Positions 47,204 to 61,200 of a DNA stretch of 64,000 nt are shown here, in pieces. The stretch is from positions 1 to 64,000 of the forward strand of contig JAXLNO010000675.1 of assembly GCA_038087875.1 (NCBI GenBank), in the 5' to 3' direction. This DNA comes from Malacoraja senta. Lineage: Eukaryota. Position 1 is the first letter of the stretch. Each line of letters begins with the position of its first letter. The notes under the pieces were generated by a model. It was not told where the DNA came from, ran no database searches, and was given only the letters and a program-made list of their open reading frames with translations. The translations under genes were made by a program, and so were the position numbers.

Positions 47204-50200
47204 CATAGAAACATAGAAACATAGAAAATAGGTGCAGGAGTAGGCCATTCGGCCATTCGAGCCTGCACCGCCATTCAATATGATCATGGCTGATCATCCA
47301 ACTCAGTATCCCGTACCTGCCTTCTCTCCATACCCCCTGATCCCTTTAGCCACAAGGGCCACATCTAACTCCCTCTTAAATATAGCCAATGAACTGGCCT
47401 CAACTACCCTCTGTGGCAGAGAGTTCCAGAGATTCACCACTCTCTGTGTGAAAAAGTTTTTCCTCATCTCGGTCTTAAAGGATTTCCCCCCTTATCCTTA
47501 AGCTGTGACCCCTTGTCCTGGACTTCCCCAACATCGGGAACAATCTTCCTGCATCTAGCCTGTCCAACCCCATAAGAATTTTGTACGTTTCTATAAGATC
47601 CCCTCTCACTCTCCTAAATTCTCGCGAGTATAAGCCAAGTCTATCCAGTCTTTCTTCATATGAAAGTCCTGACATCCCAGGAATCAGTCTGGTGAACCTT
47701 CTCTGCACTCCCTCTATGGCTATAATGTCCTTCCTCAGATTTGGAGACCAGAACTGTACGCAATACTCCAGGTGTGGTCTCACCAAGACCCTGTACAACT
47801 GCAGTAGAACCTCCCTGCTCCTATACTCAAATCCTCTTGCTATGAAGGCCAACATACCATTCGCTTTCTTCACTGCCTGCTGCACCTGCATGCCTACTTT
47901 CAATGACTGGTGTACCATGACACCCAGGTCTCGCTGCACCGCCCCATTTCCTAATCGGCCACCATTTAGATAATAGTCTGCCTTCCCGTTTTTGCCACCA
48001 AAGTGGATAACCTCACATTTATCCACATTATACTGCATCTGCCAAATATTTGCCCACTCACCCAGCCTATCCAAGTCACCTTGCAGTCTCCTAGCATCCT
48101 CCTCACAGCTAACACTGCCCCCCAGCTTAGTGTCATCCGCAAACTTGGAGATGTTGCTTTCAATTCCCTCGTCCAGATCATTAATATAAATTGTAAATAG
48201 CAGGGGTCCCAGCACTGAGCCTTGCGGTACCCCACTAGTCACTGCCTGCCATTGTGAAAAGGACCCGTTTACTCCTACTCTTTGCTTCCTGTTTGCCAGC
48301 CAGTTCTCTATCCACCTCAATACTGAACCCCCAATACCGTGTGATTTAAGTTTGAATCCTGATCTCTTATGTGGTACCTTGTCGAAAGCCTTCTGAAAGT
48401 CCAGATACAACACATCCACTGGTTCTCCCCTATCCACTCTACTAGTTACATCCTCGAAAAATTCTATAAGATTCGTCAGACACGATTTACCTTTCGTAAA
48501 TCCATGCTGACTTTGTCCAATGATTTCACCACTTTCCAAATGTGCTGCTATCCCATCTTTAATAACTGACTCTAGCAGTTTCCCCACTACCGATGTTAGA
48601 CTAACTGGTCTGTAATTTCCCGTTTTCTCTCTCCCCCCCTTCTTAAAAAGTGGGGTTACGTTTGCTACCCTCCAATCCTCAGGAACTACTCCAGAATCTA
48701 ATGAGTTTTGAAAAATTATCACTAATGCATCCACTATTTCTGGAGCTACTTCCTTAAGTACTCTGGGATGCAGCCTATCTGGCCCTGGTGATTTATCGGC
48801 CTTTAATCCATTCAATTTACCCAACACCACTTCCCGACTAACCTGGATTTCACTCAGTTCCTCCATCTCCTTTGACCCGCGGCCCCCTGCTATTTCCGGC
48901 AGATTATTTATGTCTTCCTTAGTGAAGACAGAACCAAAGTAGTTATTCAATTGGTCCGCCATATCCTTGTTCCCCATGATCAATTCACCTGTTTCTGACT
49001 GCAAGGGACCTACATTTGTTTTAACTAATCTCTTTCTCTTCACATATCTATAAAAACGTTTGCAGTCAGTTGTTATGTTCCCTGCCAGTTTCCTTTCATA
49101 ATCTATTTTCCCTTTCCTAATTAAGCCCTTTGTCCTCCTCTGCTGGTCTCTGAATTTCTCGCAGTCCTCTGGTATGCTGCTTTTTCTGGCTAATTTGTAC
49201 GCAACATCTTTTGCTTTGATACTATCCCTGATTTCCCTTGTTATCCACGGATGCACTACCTTCCCTGATTTATTCTTTTGCCAAACTGGGATGAACATTT
49301 TTTGTAGGTCATCCATGCAGTCTTTAAATGCCTTCCATTGCATATCCACCGTCAACCCTTTTAGAACTAATTGCCAGTCAATCTTGGCCAATTCACGTCT
49401 CATACCCTCAAAGTTACCTTTCTTTAAGTTCAGAACCGTTGTTTCTGAATTAACAATGTCACTCTCCATCCTAATGAAGAACTCAACCATATTATGGTCA
49501 CTCTTGCCCAAGGGGGCACGCACAACAAGTCTGCTAACTAACCCTTCCTCATTACTCAATACCCAGTCTAGAATAGCCTGCTCTCTCGTTGGTTCCTCTA
49601 CATGTTGGTTTAGATAACTATCCCTCATACATTGCAAGAAATCCTCTTCCTCAGCACCCCTGCCAATTTGATTCACCCAATCTATATGTAGATTGAAGTC
49701 ACCCATTATAACTGTTTTGCCTTTGTTGCACGCATTTCTAATTTCCTGTTTGATGCCATCCCCAACTTCACTACTACTGCTAGGTGGCCTGTACACAACA
49801 CCCACCAGCGTTTTCTGCCCCTTAGTGTTTCGTAGCTCTACCCATACCGATTCCACATCCTCCAAGCTAATGTCCTTCCTTTCCACTGCGTTAATCTCCT
49901 CTCTAACCAGCAACGCTACCCCACCTCCTTTTCCTTTCTCTCTATCCCTCCTGAATATTGAATATCCCTGGATGTTCAGCTCCCAGCCTTGGTCACCCTG
50001 GAGCCATGTCTCCGTGATCCCAACTATATCATAATCATTAATTGCTATCTGCACGTTCAACTCATCCACCTCATTGCGAATGCTCCTTGCATTGAGACAC
50101 AAAGCCTTCAGGCTTGTTTTTACAACGCTCTTACCCCTTATACAATTATGTTGGAAAGTGGCTCTTTTTGATTTTTGCCCTGGATTTGTCTGCCTGCCAC

Positions 50201-50268
50201 TTTTACTTTTCACCTTGCTACCTATTGCTTCCGCCCGCATTTTGCACCCCTCTGTTTCTCTGCTCACC
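47204..50268 (-). mobile_element. Young CR1 LINE with nearly intact ORF2 (endonuclease + RT); a duplicated RT fragment follows at 50269-50696
   Basis: ORF 47475-50444 is open through NARSIRN, ITETWL, MGDFN, SDH, KSPGPD, DFQKAFD and KFADD, with one frameshift near the C-terminus; CATAGAAA tail at 47204. Confidence 0.93.
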
Positions 50269-53200
50269 CTCTTATGTGGGACCTTGTTGAAAGCTTTCTT
50301 AAAGTCCAGATATAACACATCCACTGGTTCTCCCTTATCCACTCTACTAGTTTCATCCTCTAAAAATTCTGTAAGATTCGTCAGACGTGATTTACCTTTC
50401 ATAAATCCATGCTGACTTAGTCCAATGATTTCACCACTTTCCAAATGTGCTGCTATCCCGTCTTTAATACCTGACTGGCATTTTCCCCACTACCGATGTT
50501 AGACTAACTGGTCTGTAATTCCCCGTTTTCTCTCTCCCTCCCTTTTTAAAAAGTGGGGTTACATTAGCTACCCTCCAATCCTCAGGAACTACTCCAGAAT
50601 CTAAAGAGTTTTGACAAAATTATCACTAATGCATCCACTATTTCTGGGGCCACTCACTTAAGCACTCTGGGATGCAGCCAATCTGGCCCTGGGGATGTGT
50701 GCGGAAGGGGGGTTGTGGGGGAAGGCGGTGTTTGTGGTAGTGGTGGTGTGGGTGGGGAGGGGGAAGGGGGTGTGTGGGAAGGTTTTTTTTTGTCGCAGCA
50801 GACGCATCTCGCAATGTGCTCACCCGGCACCTTCAGCTTTGGGCCTCATGCAGCAGCTGCCGGTCCCACTCCGACGTCACTCAGAGGCTTCCGGATCAAT
50901 TTACGATCTCCCTCTCGTCGGGCTGGTCGCCGCAGAAGCAGCCCGCACGCTGCTCGCTTCTCGCTGCTCGCTGCTGGCGGCTCTCGGCCCGTTCGCTGCG
51001 CTCTTGCCGCATGCTACTCACGGACTCAGCCCCGTCTCCGGGTCTTTATTCTCCGCGGGTGCCGGAAGAGGCGTTACCAACATGGTGAATGACAGGCGAG
51101 AAGACCAATATGCTAATCTCACGATTTTTAAAACCTTGATACGTTTTCTAATATTTCAACAAATGGAACAAAACTTGGGGCACTTGGAATAGAGGAGAAC
51201 AGTGAGCAACGCGGTGACAAAATCCTAGCGATATGCGGTACAGTTTTTGCACAAATTAAAAAAAAACGCAAACCGGAAGAGCACAAGATGAGACTTTTAG
51301 TAATAGCATATAGAAATAATATAATTTGATATAGATAGAAGATAGAAAATGTTTCCATAAGATCCCCTGTCATCCTTCTAAATTCAAGTGAATACAAGCC
51401 TAGTCGTTCCATTCTTTCATCACATAACAGTCCCGCTATCCCGGGAATTAACCTTGTGAACCTAAGCTGCACTCCCTCGATAGCAAGAATATCATTCCTC
51501 AAATTAGGAGATCAAAACGGCACACAATACTCCAGGTGTGGTTTCACCATGGCCCTGTACGACTGCAGAAGGACCTCTTTGCTCCTATACTCAACTCTTC
51601 TCGTTATGTAAGCCAACATACCATCAGCTTTATTCAATGCCTTTACTTTTAGTGACTGATGTACTAGGACACCCAGGTCTCGTTGTTCCGATAATAATCT
51701 ACCTTCCTGTTTTTGCTACAAGAGTGGATAACCTCACATTTATCCACATTATATTGCATCTGCCATACATCTGCCCACCCACCCAACATGTCCAAGTCAC
51801 CCTGCATTCTCATAGCATCCTCTTCACAGTTCACATTGCCATCCAGCTTCGTGTCATCTGCAAATTTGCTAATGTTACTTTTAATTCCCTCATCTAAATC
51901 GTTAATGTATGTGGTAAATTGCTGCGGTCAAAGCACCGAGCCTTGCGGCACCCCACTAGTCATTGCCTGCCATTCTGAAAGGGACCCGTGAATCCCTACT
52001 CTTTGTTTCCTGTCTGCCAACCAATTTTCTATCCATGTCAATACTCTACCCCTAATCCCATGTGCTCTAATGTTGCCCACTAATCTCCTGTGTGGGACCT
52101 TATCAAAGGCTTTCTTAAAGTCCAGGTGAGCTACAGCCACTGGCTCTCCCTTGTCCATTTTCACTTATTACATCGTCAAAAAATTCCAGAAGATTTGTCA
52201 AGTATGATTTCCCCTTCGTAAATCCATGTTGACTCGGACCGGTCCTGATCCTCCCTCATGCGTCCATTGTCCCTTTTATTCAACTGCAATACCAACACTT
52301 CCGATTTTACCTTCTCGCTCTCAAATTGCAGGTTAAAACGTATAATATAATGGTCACTACCTCCTAATAGTTCCTTTACCTTGTGTTCCCTTATGAAATC
52401 CGGTTCACTGCATAACAATAAATTAAGAATTTCCTTCTCGCTGGTAGGCTCCAGTGCAAGCTGCTCTGTGAATCCATCTCGGAGGCACTCTACAAACACC
52501 CTTTCTTGGGGTCCAGTAGCAACGTAATTTTCCCATTCTACCTGCATGATAAAATCTCCCATAACCACCGTGTCATTACCTTTGTTACATGATAATTTTA
52601 ACTCCTGATGCAACTTGCACCCTTCTCTCGGCTACAGTTTGGGGGCTTGCAGATACTCCATTAGTGTATTTTTACACTTACAATTTCTCAGTTCTATCCA
52701 CAATGACTCCACTTCTGATTCTATGTGACCCATCTGAAGGGACTGAATTTCATTGTTTGCAAAACAGCCACCCCACCCCTTCTGCCCCATTGTCTGTCTT
52801 TTCGATAGGACGTATACCCCTGAATATTCAGTTCCCAGCTCTGATCCGCTTGAAGTCATGTCTCTATAATTAAATAGACAATAGACAATAGACAATAGGT
52901 GCAGGAGTAGGTCCTTCAACCCTTCGAGTCAGCACCGCCATTCACTGTGATCATGGCTAATCCTCCATAATCAGTACCCCGTTTCTGCCTTCTCCCTATA
53001 TCCCTTGATCCCACAACATCGCACTTAATAATTTCTAACTGAGCCTCAAGCTCATCCACTTTATTTCTTATAATTCGCGCATTCATATATAACACCTATA
53101 ATTCGGTATTCTCCACCCCTCGCACACTGGGTCCTATTTCACCTGACCTTACTCTCTTATCCCTTCTTGAACTTTCCGTCCCATTTATTTGGCTGTCTTT

Positions 53201-53961
53201 CGTAAGGTATTAAACACTACAACCTCCAAATAAGCTCTGAACTGCATATAGAGTCAAAGTGTAATACGGAGTAGAAACAGGCCCTTCAGCCCAACTTGTC
53301 CACACCGGCCAACATGTCCCACCTACAATAGTCCCACCTGCCTGCGTTTGGCCCATATCCCTCCCAACCTGTCCTATCCATGAACCTGTCTAACTGCTTC
53401 TTAAACGTTGGGATAGTCCCAGCCTCAACTACCTCCTCCGGCAGCTCGTTCCATACACCCACCACCCTTTGTGTGAAAAAGTTACCCCTCAGGTATATAT
53501 TAAATCTTTTCCCCTTCACCTAGAACCTATGTCCTCTGGTCCTCGATTCCCCTACTCTGGGCAAGAAACTCTGTGCACCTACCCGATCTATTCCTCTCAT
53601 GACTATATACAGCGGAGGGTAATCGAGAATCAGAAAACATATGTTTAAAGTAAGGGGGAGAAATTCAATGGTACCCGAGGGGTAACTTTTATATTCAAAG
53701 GGTTATGGATATATTAAATGTGCTGCCGTAGGAGTCGTGGAGGCAAGTACTATCATAAAGTTTATGAGACATTTGGCAAGTACAGATAGGATAGGTTTAA
53801 ATCGTTATGGGGCAATCGCAGGCAAGTGGCCACTGGTGTAGATGGGACATGTTTGTCGGGTTGAACATGTTGGGCCGAATGGCCTGATTCCACGCTCTAC
53901 GTCGATATGACTATCACACTATGAGTCTATGACAATGGCCAGGAATACCTGAAACTATCCC

Positions 53962-54176
53962 ACGGGTGAACATTGGGGAACATTAGAGGAAGATGACTGA
54001 CTTTGGTGTCTTCCCTCACAGTGGCTAACTTTGATTCTGCTGTGTGGGGATGTTTTATGTTGAACTCTATCGTGTGTTGTGTTCTTTATTTTATTGAATG
54101 GCTGTATGGTGACCACACATTTCACTGTGCCAACTGGCACATGTGACAAATAAATGTATCTTGTATCTTGTATCTT
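53962..54176 (+). mobile_element. Short retroposon 3' fragment with (TATCTTG)n tail, specific to copy 2
   Basis: Absent at the paralogous ~30926; shares a core hairpin with 18512-19383. Confidence 0.72.
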
Positions 54177-56038
54177 CTCATCTTGGATAAGACTTTAATT
54201 ATACCATTCTTAAATGTCCTGTTAATTCCCTCCGCTAATCCAGAACGCTGTGGGTGGTGGTGAATGTGAAGTTGCCGTTTCATCCTAACAAGATACAAGC
54301 TTCCGTCCCCTGCAAAATGCATTCCTCGGTTGGAGTGTATATAAAGAGGGACTCCCCCAGCCCGGTAATGTTTATTTTTCTAGGATCCATGGCACGTTTG
54401 CAACTGGGCTACTGCATGGAAATGCCTCCACCCAGCGGATAAAGTGTTCACAATTTACGAAACAGCACCTTTAATTTAGAGACAAGGGCAAGGTCCAGTG
54501 AAATTTACCTGCATATATTTGTAAACAGGCAATGCACACTCCGCCATCTGCACATCAACTATTCGATACTGCCATTAACTTACCTGCTTCTGGCAGCCGC
54601 ACTGTATTATGCAGAGGATGTAAAATTATGGTCCCACTCAGTGTGATGGCTTCTAAGACTTATAACGACATGTCACGCAGGCGAGAGCTTGAGCACATCA
54701 ATGCATCCCAGCCACCACTGGACATTACTCAGTTGAACAGTATGCAACTGTCCTCATTGCTTCCATGCTTATATGTTACTTTTGACGTAGATCAACTTTG
54801 TTCAATATCACAGCGCAAATGGAAGGGTTTCGGTAGATTTGTGAGCCCAGAGCTTGAGATTTTAGCGGGCTTACTTATTATTTGCAAATTTCCAAGTGTG
54901 CTCTCACCGTAGGGCGCTGAATTCCCGTTTAGTTCACCTGCGGAGGTTTTGCCAATTCAAATTAACTTTCCACAGAATTGCTCCCGTAATTAAATATACC
55001 CAATACTGTTTTATACATTTCTCTGTTATCAATTGGGGCTAGTTCAGATTACCGTGTTTTATTTCTTTAATGTTTAATGATCCACTTGGAAATCACTTAA
55101 ATCCTATCCCAACATTGCGGTACATTAAATATCTTCCACTCGCTGCTTGTCTGAAATAGAGAATAGTGAGTCTACTATTGCCATGCGTTGATGAGCACAT
55201 AGTGCACAATTCATAATACACTTACCATTGGGATTAGTTGCTGTCCAGGCTAGGGACTCTTTCAAAACATATATATTATTTATTTCAGAATAATTACCTC
55301 AAAAGCATTTTGGATCGAACGAAATCGACTAGCGTAATATATTGCATGGACCCGCAGCTGGTTCTCATCTGACACATGCTGAATTTCAAGGACAATAAAC
55401 ATTGGATTTTTGCAGAGAGGAATCCTACCTGTGTATCTACATTTTACAAGACAAACACTGGGAATTCATCAAAGCAAGCTTTTCCAAGAGAACTCAAACT
55501 GAAATCAGTAATTAAAGTTCTTGACCAAAATAATTACACTCTTTGGAAATGCATTGTTGTTAACAAAAAACATATCTATGAAACACCAATTCCGAAATAA
55601 TCAATTTCAAATTCCTAGTGTATGCTAATTATAATATTCGTAAATACCAATTTATTTCTGTAATTTTTAGTTTATGGTTTAGAGATGCAGCGCGGAAACA
55701 GGCCCTTCAGCCCTTCGAGTCCACACCGACCAGCGATCCTTGCACATTAACACTATCCTACACACAATTGTGTGACAGATCTGTCGTTGAATCTAGCTTT
55801 ACTTTGTGCCCTGTCGCCCTTGTAATCATTGTTCAGATCGGGAGATTACCAAACAAATCTTCGTCAAGACGCGGTGCGATTCCGACACATATCCGTTTAT
55901 TCAAGGACTGAACAGTACATATTGGGAAACACTTTGAATGGATTCAAAACATTGACTTTACTGACATTTTTATCTACAGATTTTTTGATAGCTCAAGACA
56001 CAATGGTTATATGAAGATTTCATGTTCTTGAAATATGT

Positions 56039-56570
56039 TACCATCGTGGGGCTGGCCGTCCTCGGAGCGTGAGGAGCGGTGGTGGCTCGCTGCTGCGGCC
56101 CGACTACGGAGCTCCAGCTGCAGGTGCAGACCCGTGGACTGGGACATCGGGAGCTCGCGGGTCCGGGTGAGAGACCGCTTTCCGGAGCTCCCGCAACGCA
56201 ACTTCTCCAGCTCGAGTCGCGGGGTTGGAACGACCCGCAGCGGGGACGTAAAGCGCCCGGCGCGGCTTTAACATTCCAGCGCCCGCGGGGCTCCAACTTT
56301 GTGACTTTTGGGCCCGGAGCGAAGCTGTATACCGCCCGGCGCGGCCTCAACGGCCCGCCTGGGCCTTCAACATCGGGAGAAAAATGGTGCAGGGGAGAGA
56401 AATGACTTTGCCTTCCATCACAGTGAGGTGGAGATTCACTGTGATGGATGTTTTTCTGTAAATTGAATTGTTTGTGTGTCGTGTAAGAATTGTTTTGTTT
56501 GTATGTCTGTGGAAACGGAGTTTCGTTTGAGCCTCTTTGAGGTTCAAATGACAAGAAATAAAATCAAATC
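56039..56570 (+). mobile_element. GC-rich non-autonomous retroposon, 6-bp TSD ATATGT, specific to copy 2
   Basis: ATATGT at 56033-56038 and 56571-56576; empty site GAAATATGTCATCAGTG at ~32771; tail AATAAAATCAAATC. Confidence 0.8.
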
Positions 56571-58259
56571 ATATGTCATCAGTGATCTAAGTTTCCGTGT
56601 AGTCTTTCATTCTTGTTTTAGATATGTTGGGGTTACCTCTAACATTCTGTTTCCTGATTCACCCGAATATCTGGCAAATGCGTGTCATGAAGCGACACCA
56701 CTTTTCTCATGATCAGCCCTATGTTTCGGTTTACTCCAGCCAACTAGGCCTAGTAATCTAAACATTTCCTAAAATTGTTTATATATTCTCCGAATTGACT
56801 TTTTAGTCACAGTACGTTCACACTTATGACTATTTCCCCCACCTTTTTTCTCTCCTTCATGTTCCTCGATTGCAGCTCCGAGTTCAACATCGACATCCCA
56901 TCCGAAACTACTCATGTGAACAAGCTCATGGAACTATCTCTGTGCTCACCCCTATGCAACTGGATTCTGTACCTCCTCATCAACAGACGACCATTAGTTC
57001 GAATTGACAACATGTTCACATGCACCTCCACTAACCTCATCTACTGCATCCAGTTTTCCACATGTGGGCTCCTGTAAATCGCCGAGACGAAGTTTAGACA
57101 CACGACCGTTATGCTGAACACATACGTTCGATTTGTCAAAGCCTACTGGATCTTCCTGTGGCTAACCATTTTAACTCTCCCTCCCATTACCACACCATTC
57201 ATTTCTGTCTTGAGCCTCCTCAATGAACAATATAATGTTCACTCACTAATCTGAACAAATGTAAAACGCAAATGACTCCATGCTCTATGACTCTCTGTCA
57301 GTAAATATATGTCATCACATCTCCCCATAAAATCTTACCACTCAAACTCTTGTCCAGCAAAGTCGCCACGCTTTCTTTTTCTCCGATTTGTTCTTTTTGT
57401 TCTACAACTTACGATCAGCTGACAACAATATTGGACCGTGTGCGGTAAGATTTAATATTATCATCCAATTAGGAACCACTTTGTTGGAGGGCTCAATATT
57501 TTGATCTATCAAGGCTTACTGGATCTTCCAGTGGCGAACCATTTTAACTCCCCTTCCCATTACCACACCATACATTTCTGTCCTGAGGCTCCTCAATTAA
57601 CAGAGTGAGGCCACGCGCAGGTGCGGCATCAGCACCTCATATTTTGTTTCCCTACAACCCAGCGGCAAAACATTCCCCCTCCTCTATTAAAAGTCGGTTA
57701 ACTAGTTGGCAGCTCACAACGATGTGTCTCTCTTGGGATCACACAGTCTCTAGTCTTGGCCTTTCAAGGAAACACCCTGATTGAGGTAATGTGTTACTGG
57801 CCGTGGTTTGTCCTGGTCTTTGATCGCTTTCATTGCAGCCCACCCACAATCAGTCAGCAGAAGGTTATTGACACGAAACGTCACCTATACATTTTCACCG
57901 GCGATGCTGCCTAACCCGCTGAGTTACTCCTGCACTTGGTTCTCTCCTCTGCCTGATCTTGCCCGTAGGTTTAGCCCGGTTGTTTCCGGCACCCCACATA
58001 TTTCAATGATGAGGTGGAGCGCTCACTGTAAATTCCCCCCGAGTATCCTGCTGAACTTTGAATCGCGGGGGTGGTGGGATTATGGGGGTAATAGAATATA
58101 CGGAGAATGCAATCAATGTCAGATTAATGTAGGTAGCAGGTTGATGCTCGGCGCGGTCTCGATGAGCGCAGAGGCTGTGAGCGTGCAGCATCTCTCTATA
58201 AATCTACGATTCTAACCATTGACTGTAATTGCCTCAGCCTTTATCATTCTGCAGTGTTT

Positions 58260-61200
58260 AATAGTAAGATTAAACGAGAACTTACCTAAGTTTGAAGTTT
58301 GATCTTTATTTTATGAGGAGTTACGTAGGTGATTACGTGAAGAACCCCGCCAGTGCGCCTGCGCGTCAATATTCAAAGCAGCGGTGTGAAATCACAAAAA
58401 ACAACAACCGAAGTAATATAGTCTCATAATAAAACGAGTAATACAAGAACTTCCATCTGACCTTTATGATAGAGGGTAGGGTCGTGGTGGGCACGTAATC
58501 ACCTACGTAACTCCTCATAAAATAAAGATCAAACTTCAAACTTAGGTAAGTTCTCGTTTAATCTTACTATTTTACTTCGGAGTCACGTGAGTGACTACGT
58601 GAAGATTTTAAAGCTTTGTGATTTCATGCCGTGGATCAATCCCGGTTTCTCACTGCATAGATTGACTCGGCACGAGAATAATCAATCATGCATTCATAAC
58701 AACATTTGTACCACAAATGCAGTAATTCATTTCAATAATGAAATTAATCAGATCCCCTTTAAACCAGAGGAATTTACACAGAACTTAAAATAGTTTCTGC
58801 AAACAACCCCGCATTAACAATAGGCCGATGGTAAAAATGTTGAAACATCAACTCATTGGACCACCGGGCGGCTGCGAGGATATGGTCGACGGGGACGTCT
58901 TTTGCCCTGGCCGCCGACGTTTCTGCTGCCCTAGCCGAGTGAGACATAGATACATAGATACATAGAAAATAGGTGCAGGAGTAGGCCATTCGGCCCTTCG
59001 AGCCTGCACCGCCATTCAATACGATCATGGCTGATCATCCAACTCAGTATCCCGTACCTGCCTTCTCTCCATACCCCCTGATCCCTTTAGCCACAAGGGC
59101 CACATCTAATTCCTTCTTAAATATAGCCAATGAACTGGCCTCAACTACCCTCTGTGGCAGAGAGTTCCAGAGATTCACCACTCTCAGACGTAAAAACATA
59201 AGTGTTAATACCAGCAGCTGTTAAGACTTCTTTTATCCATCTGGAAATAGTCTGTATTGAAACTCTCTTGTGTGGTTTCTTGTGTGTGATCAACAACCCA
59301 GTTTCCGTATTCTCAAATTCTTTGTGACCTCAATGTATTGTAATAAATATGTCTTAATACAAAGACATGGATCATTTGGATATGCTGCTAGCATAATATT
59401 AAATCCTGTCACACCTGGCCTAATTTACTTTAGTAGGTCATAGATATAGAATGTAATCTTGCCTTCAGTTACTTCCATACTGTCTATTTGTAATTTTCCA
59501 AGTGTTTGCACTCGTTGTGCTGTCACTCATGCCATAAGCATGAATAATTTCATACTGAGCTTGACCAAAGGTAAAGACACACTTGATGACCATTCACGAA
59601 GTAGTTTCAGTACCACACTTACATCGCAGATTGTCACGTACTTAGGTTTCGGTGGTTTGGAATTAAAGATTCCTTTCATTAGTCTGGAAACAATTGTGTG
59701 TGACCCAATTGAGTTTCTTTCTGAATCCAGAACCAAATATGAGGACAATGCACTTCTGGCTGAATTAATTGCACTACAACTCAGACCTTCATCATAATAA
59801 AGTTTTGACAGAAATTCTAAACATTTGAAATATCTGCAGTACTTGATTGCACATTATTTTGTACACAGAACTCTTCCCATTTCTTAATATAAGAAAGGTA
59901 CTGTTTTTGAGTGCTCTTCCTCCAGGCTGCCGTAAGCATGTCCACAGTATGCTCAGACAGTCCTCGTCCCAGAAAAGGCATTCTTAAAACCTGCAAATCA
60001 ACAAATCCAAACGATCGTATAATGGATGTTGTTCCCCTGTACAGGGTGCAGTAATAAATTACTCTTTTTTGGGACTTTCATCAACATTTGTGTTGTTATT
60101 TCTAATATCAACGGATACCATGGCTGTGTAGGCCAATCTGGTACTACCAATACCCTTGAAGCAGCATCTTTCCTGATTTTAAGCAAACATTGGCTTATGA
60201 GGCAGAAAGGTGGAAATATATATGAAAACATACCACCCCAATGTAGCGAGAAAGAATCAATCACCACTGCTCCTGGATCTGGTTTCCATGAGACATATCT
60301 CGATAGCTGATGATTCAAGTCGATGTCGGTCATTCCAAATATGATTACTATATCATTGAATACCTCTTGATTCAACATCCATTCTTTATTATCATGGAAC
60401 TTTTCGTGACCTGGTGTCTGCTATCGTGTTCATTCTACCTGGTAGATAGATAGCTGAAATCCAAATGTTCTTTTCAATACACCAAGACCAAAGTTGATTT
60501 AACCATTTTGTCACATGACACCGACTTAATTCCACACATATCATTAATATAGGCAACTACTGTTGTGTTTATTAATTTGAACTTGAACCTTCCTTTTAGT
60601 TGTGTTAGAACCATAAGCTTGGAGTCCATAGAAACATCCTAAAAGCTCCAAATAGGTAATTCCCCATGTCTGCAGTAACACTAACTTTTCCTGATTCCAT
60701 CTGCCTCCGCAGCTCCATGTTAAGTCAGTTGCACCCCATCCTAGTGCACTGGCATCAGTTTGTAATATCATGGAATGTTGTTCAATCAGCATTTTGCCTG
60801 AACTGCTTGAGACATGTAGAATCCACCACTGCAGCTTAGAAGCAGCATTTGTTGTTACTTGCATGGTTCTATCAAAATGACCAGCATTTACTCTCAGTGC
60901 CTGTTCTTTGATTCTCTGCAGCTGTTGATAATGTAATGGTCCATACTGGACTGCTGGGAATCTACTAATTTTCCCAGTACTCGAGCCACCTGTCTGATGA
61001 GAGGTTTTTGCTCGTTTAACAGATTACTGCAATCTTTAATCAACTCCACCCTTTTTTCACTGGGCAAAGTAATTTGCATTTGGGCTAAATCAATTGTGAA
61101 CCCCAAATAATCAATCGAGGTACATGTTTTTAACCTTGATTTCTTTGGATGAATTTAGAAACCCCCAAACTTTCAAAAGGTTGATTTTATTACTGCAACC

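Noticed and set aside
50269..50444. Novel N-terminal domain on the 989-aa CR1 ORF
   Set aside because: It is a duplicated RT fragment (SQHGF.KGKS.LTNL..DFKKAF) fused in frame by rearrangement.
59998..60378. Adenine methyltransferase-like ORF suggesting bacterial or phage transfer
   Set aside because: This domain is a standard component of DIRS1-type elements, downstream of RNase H.
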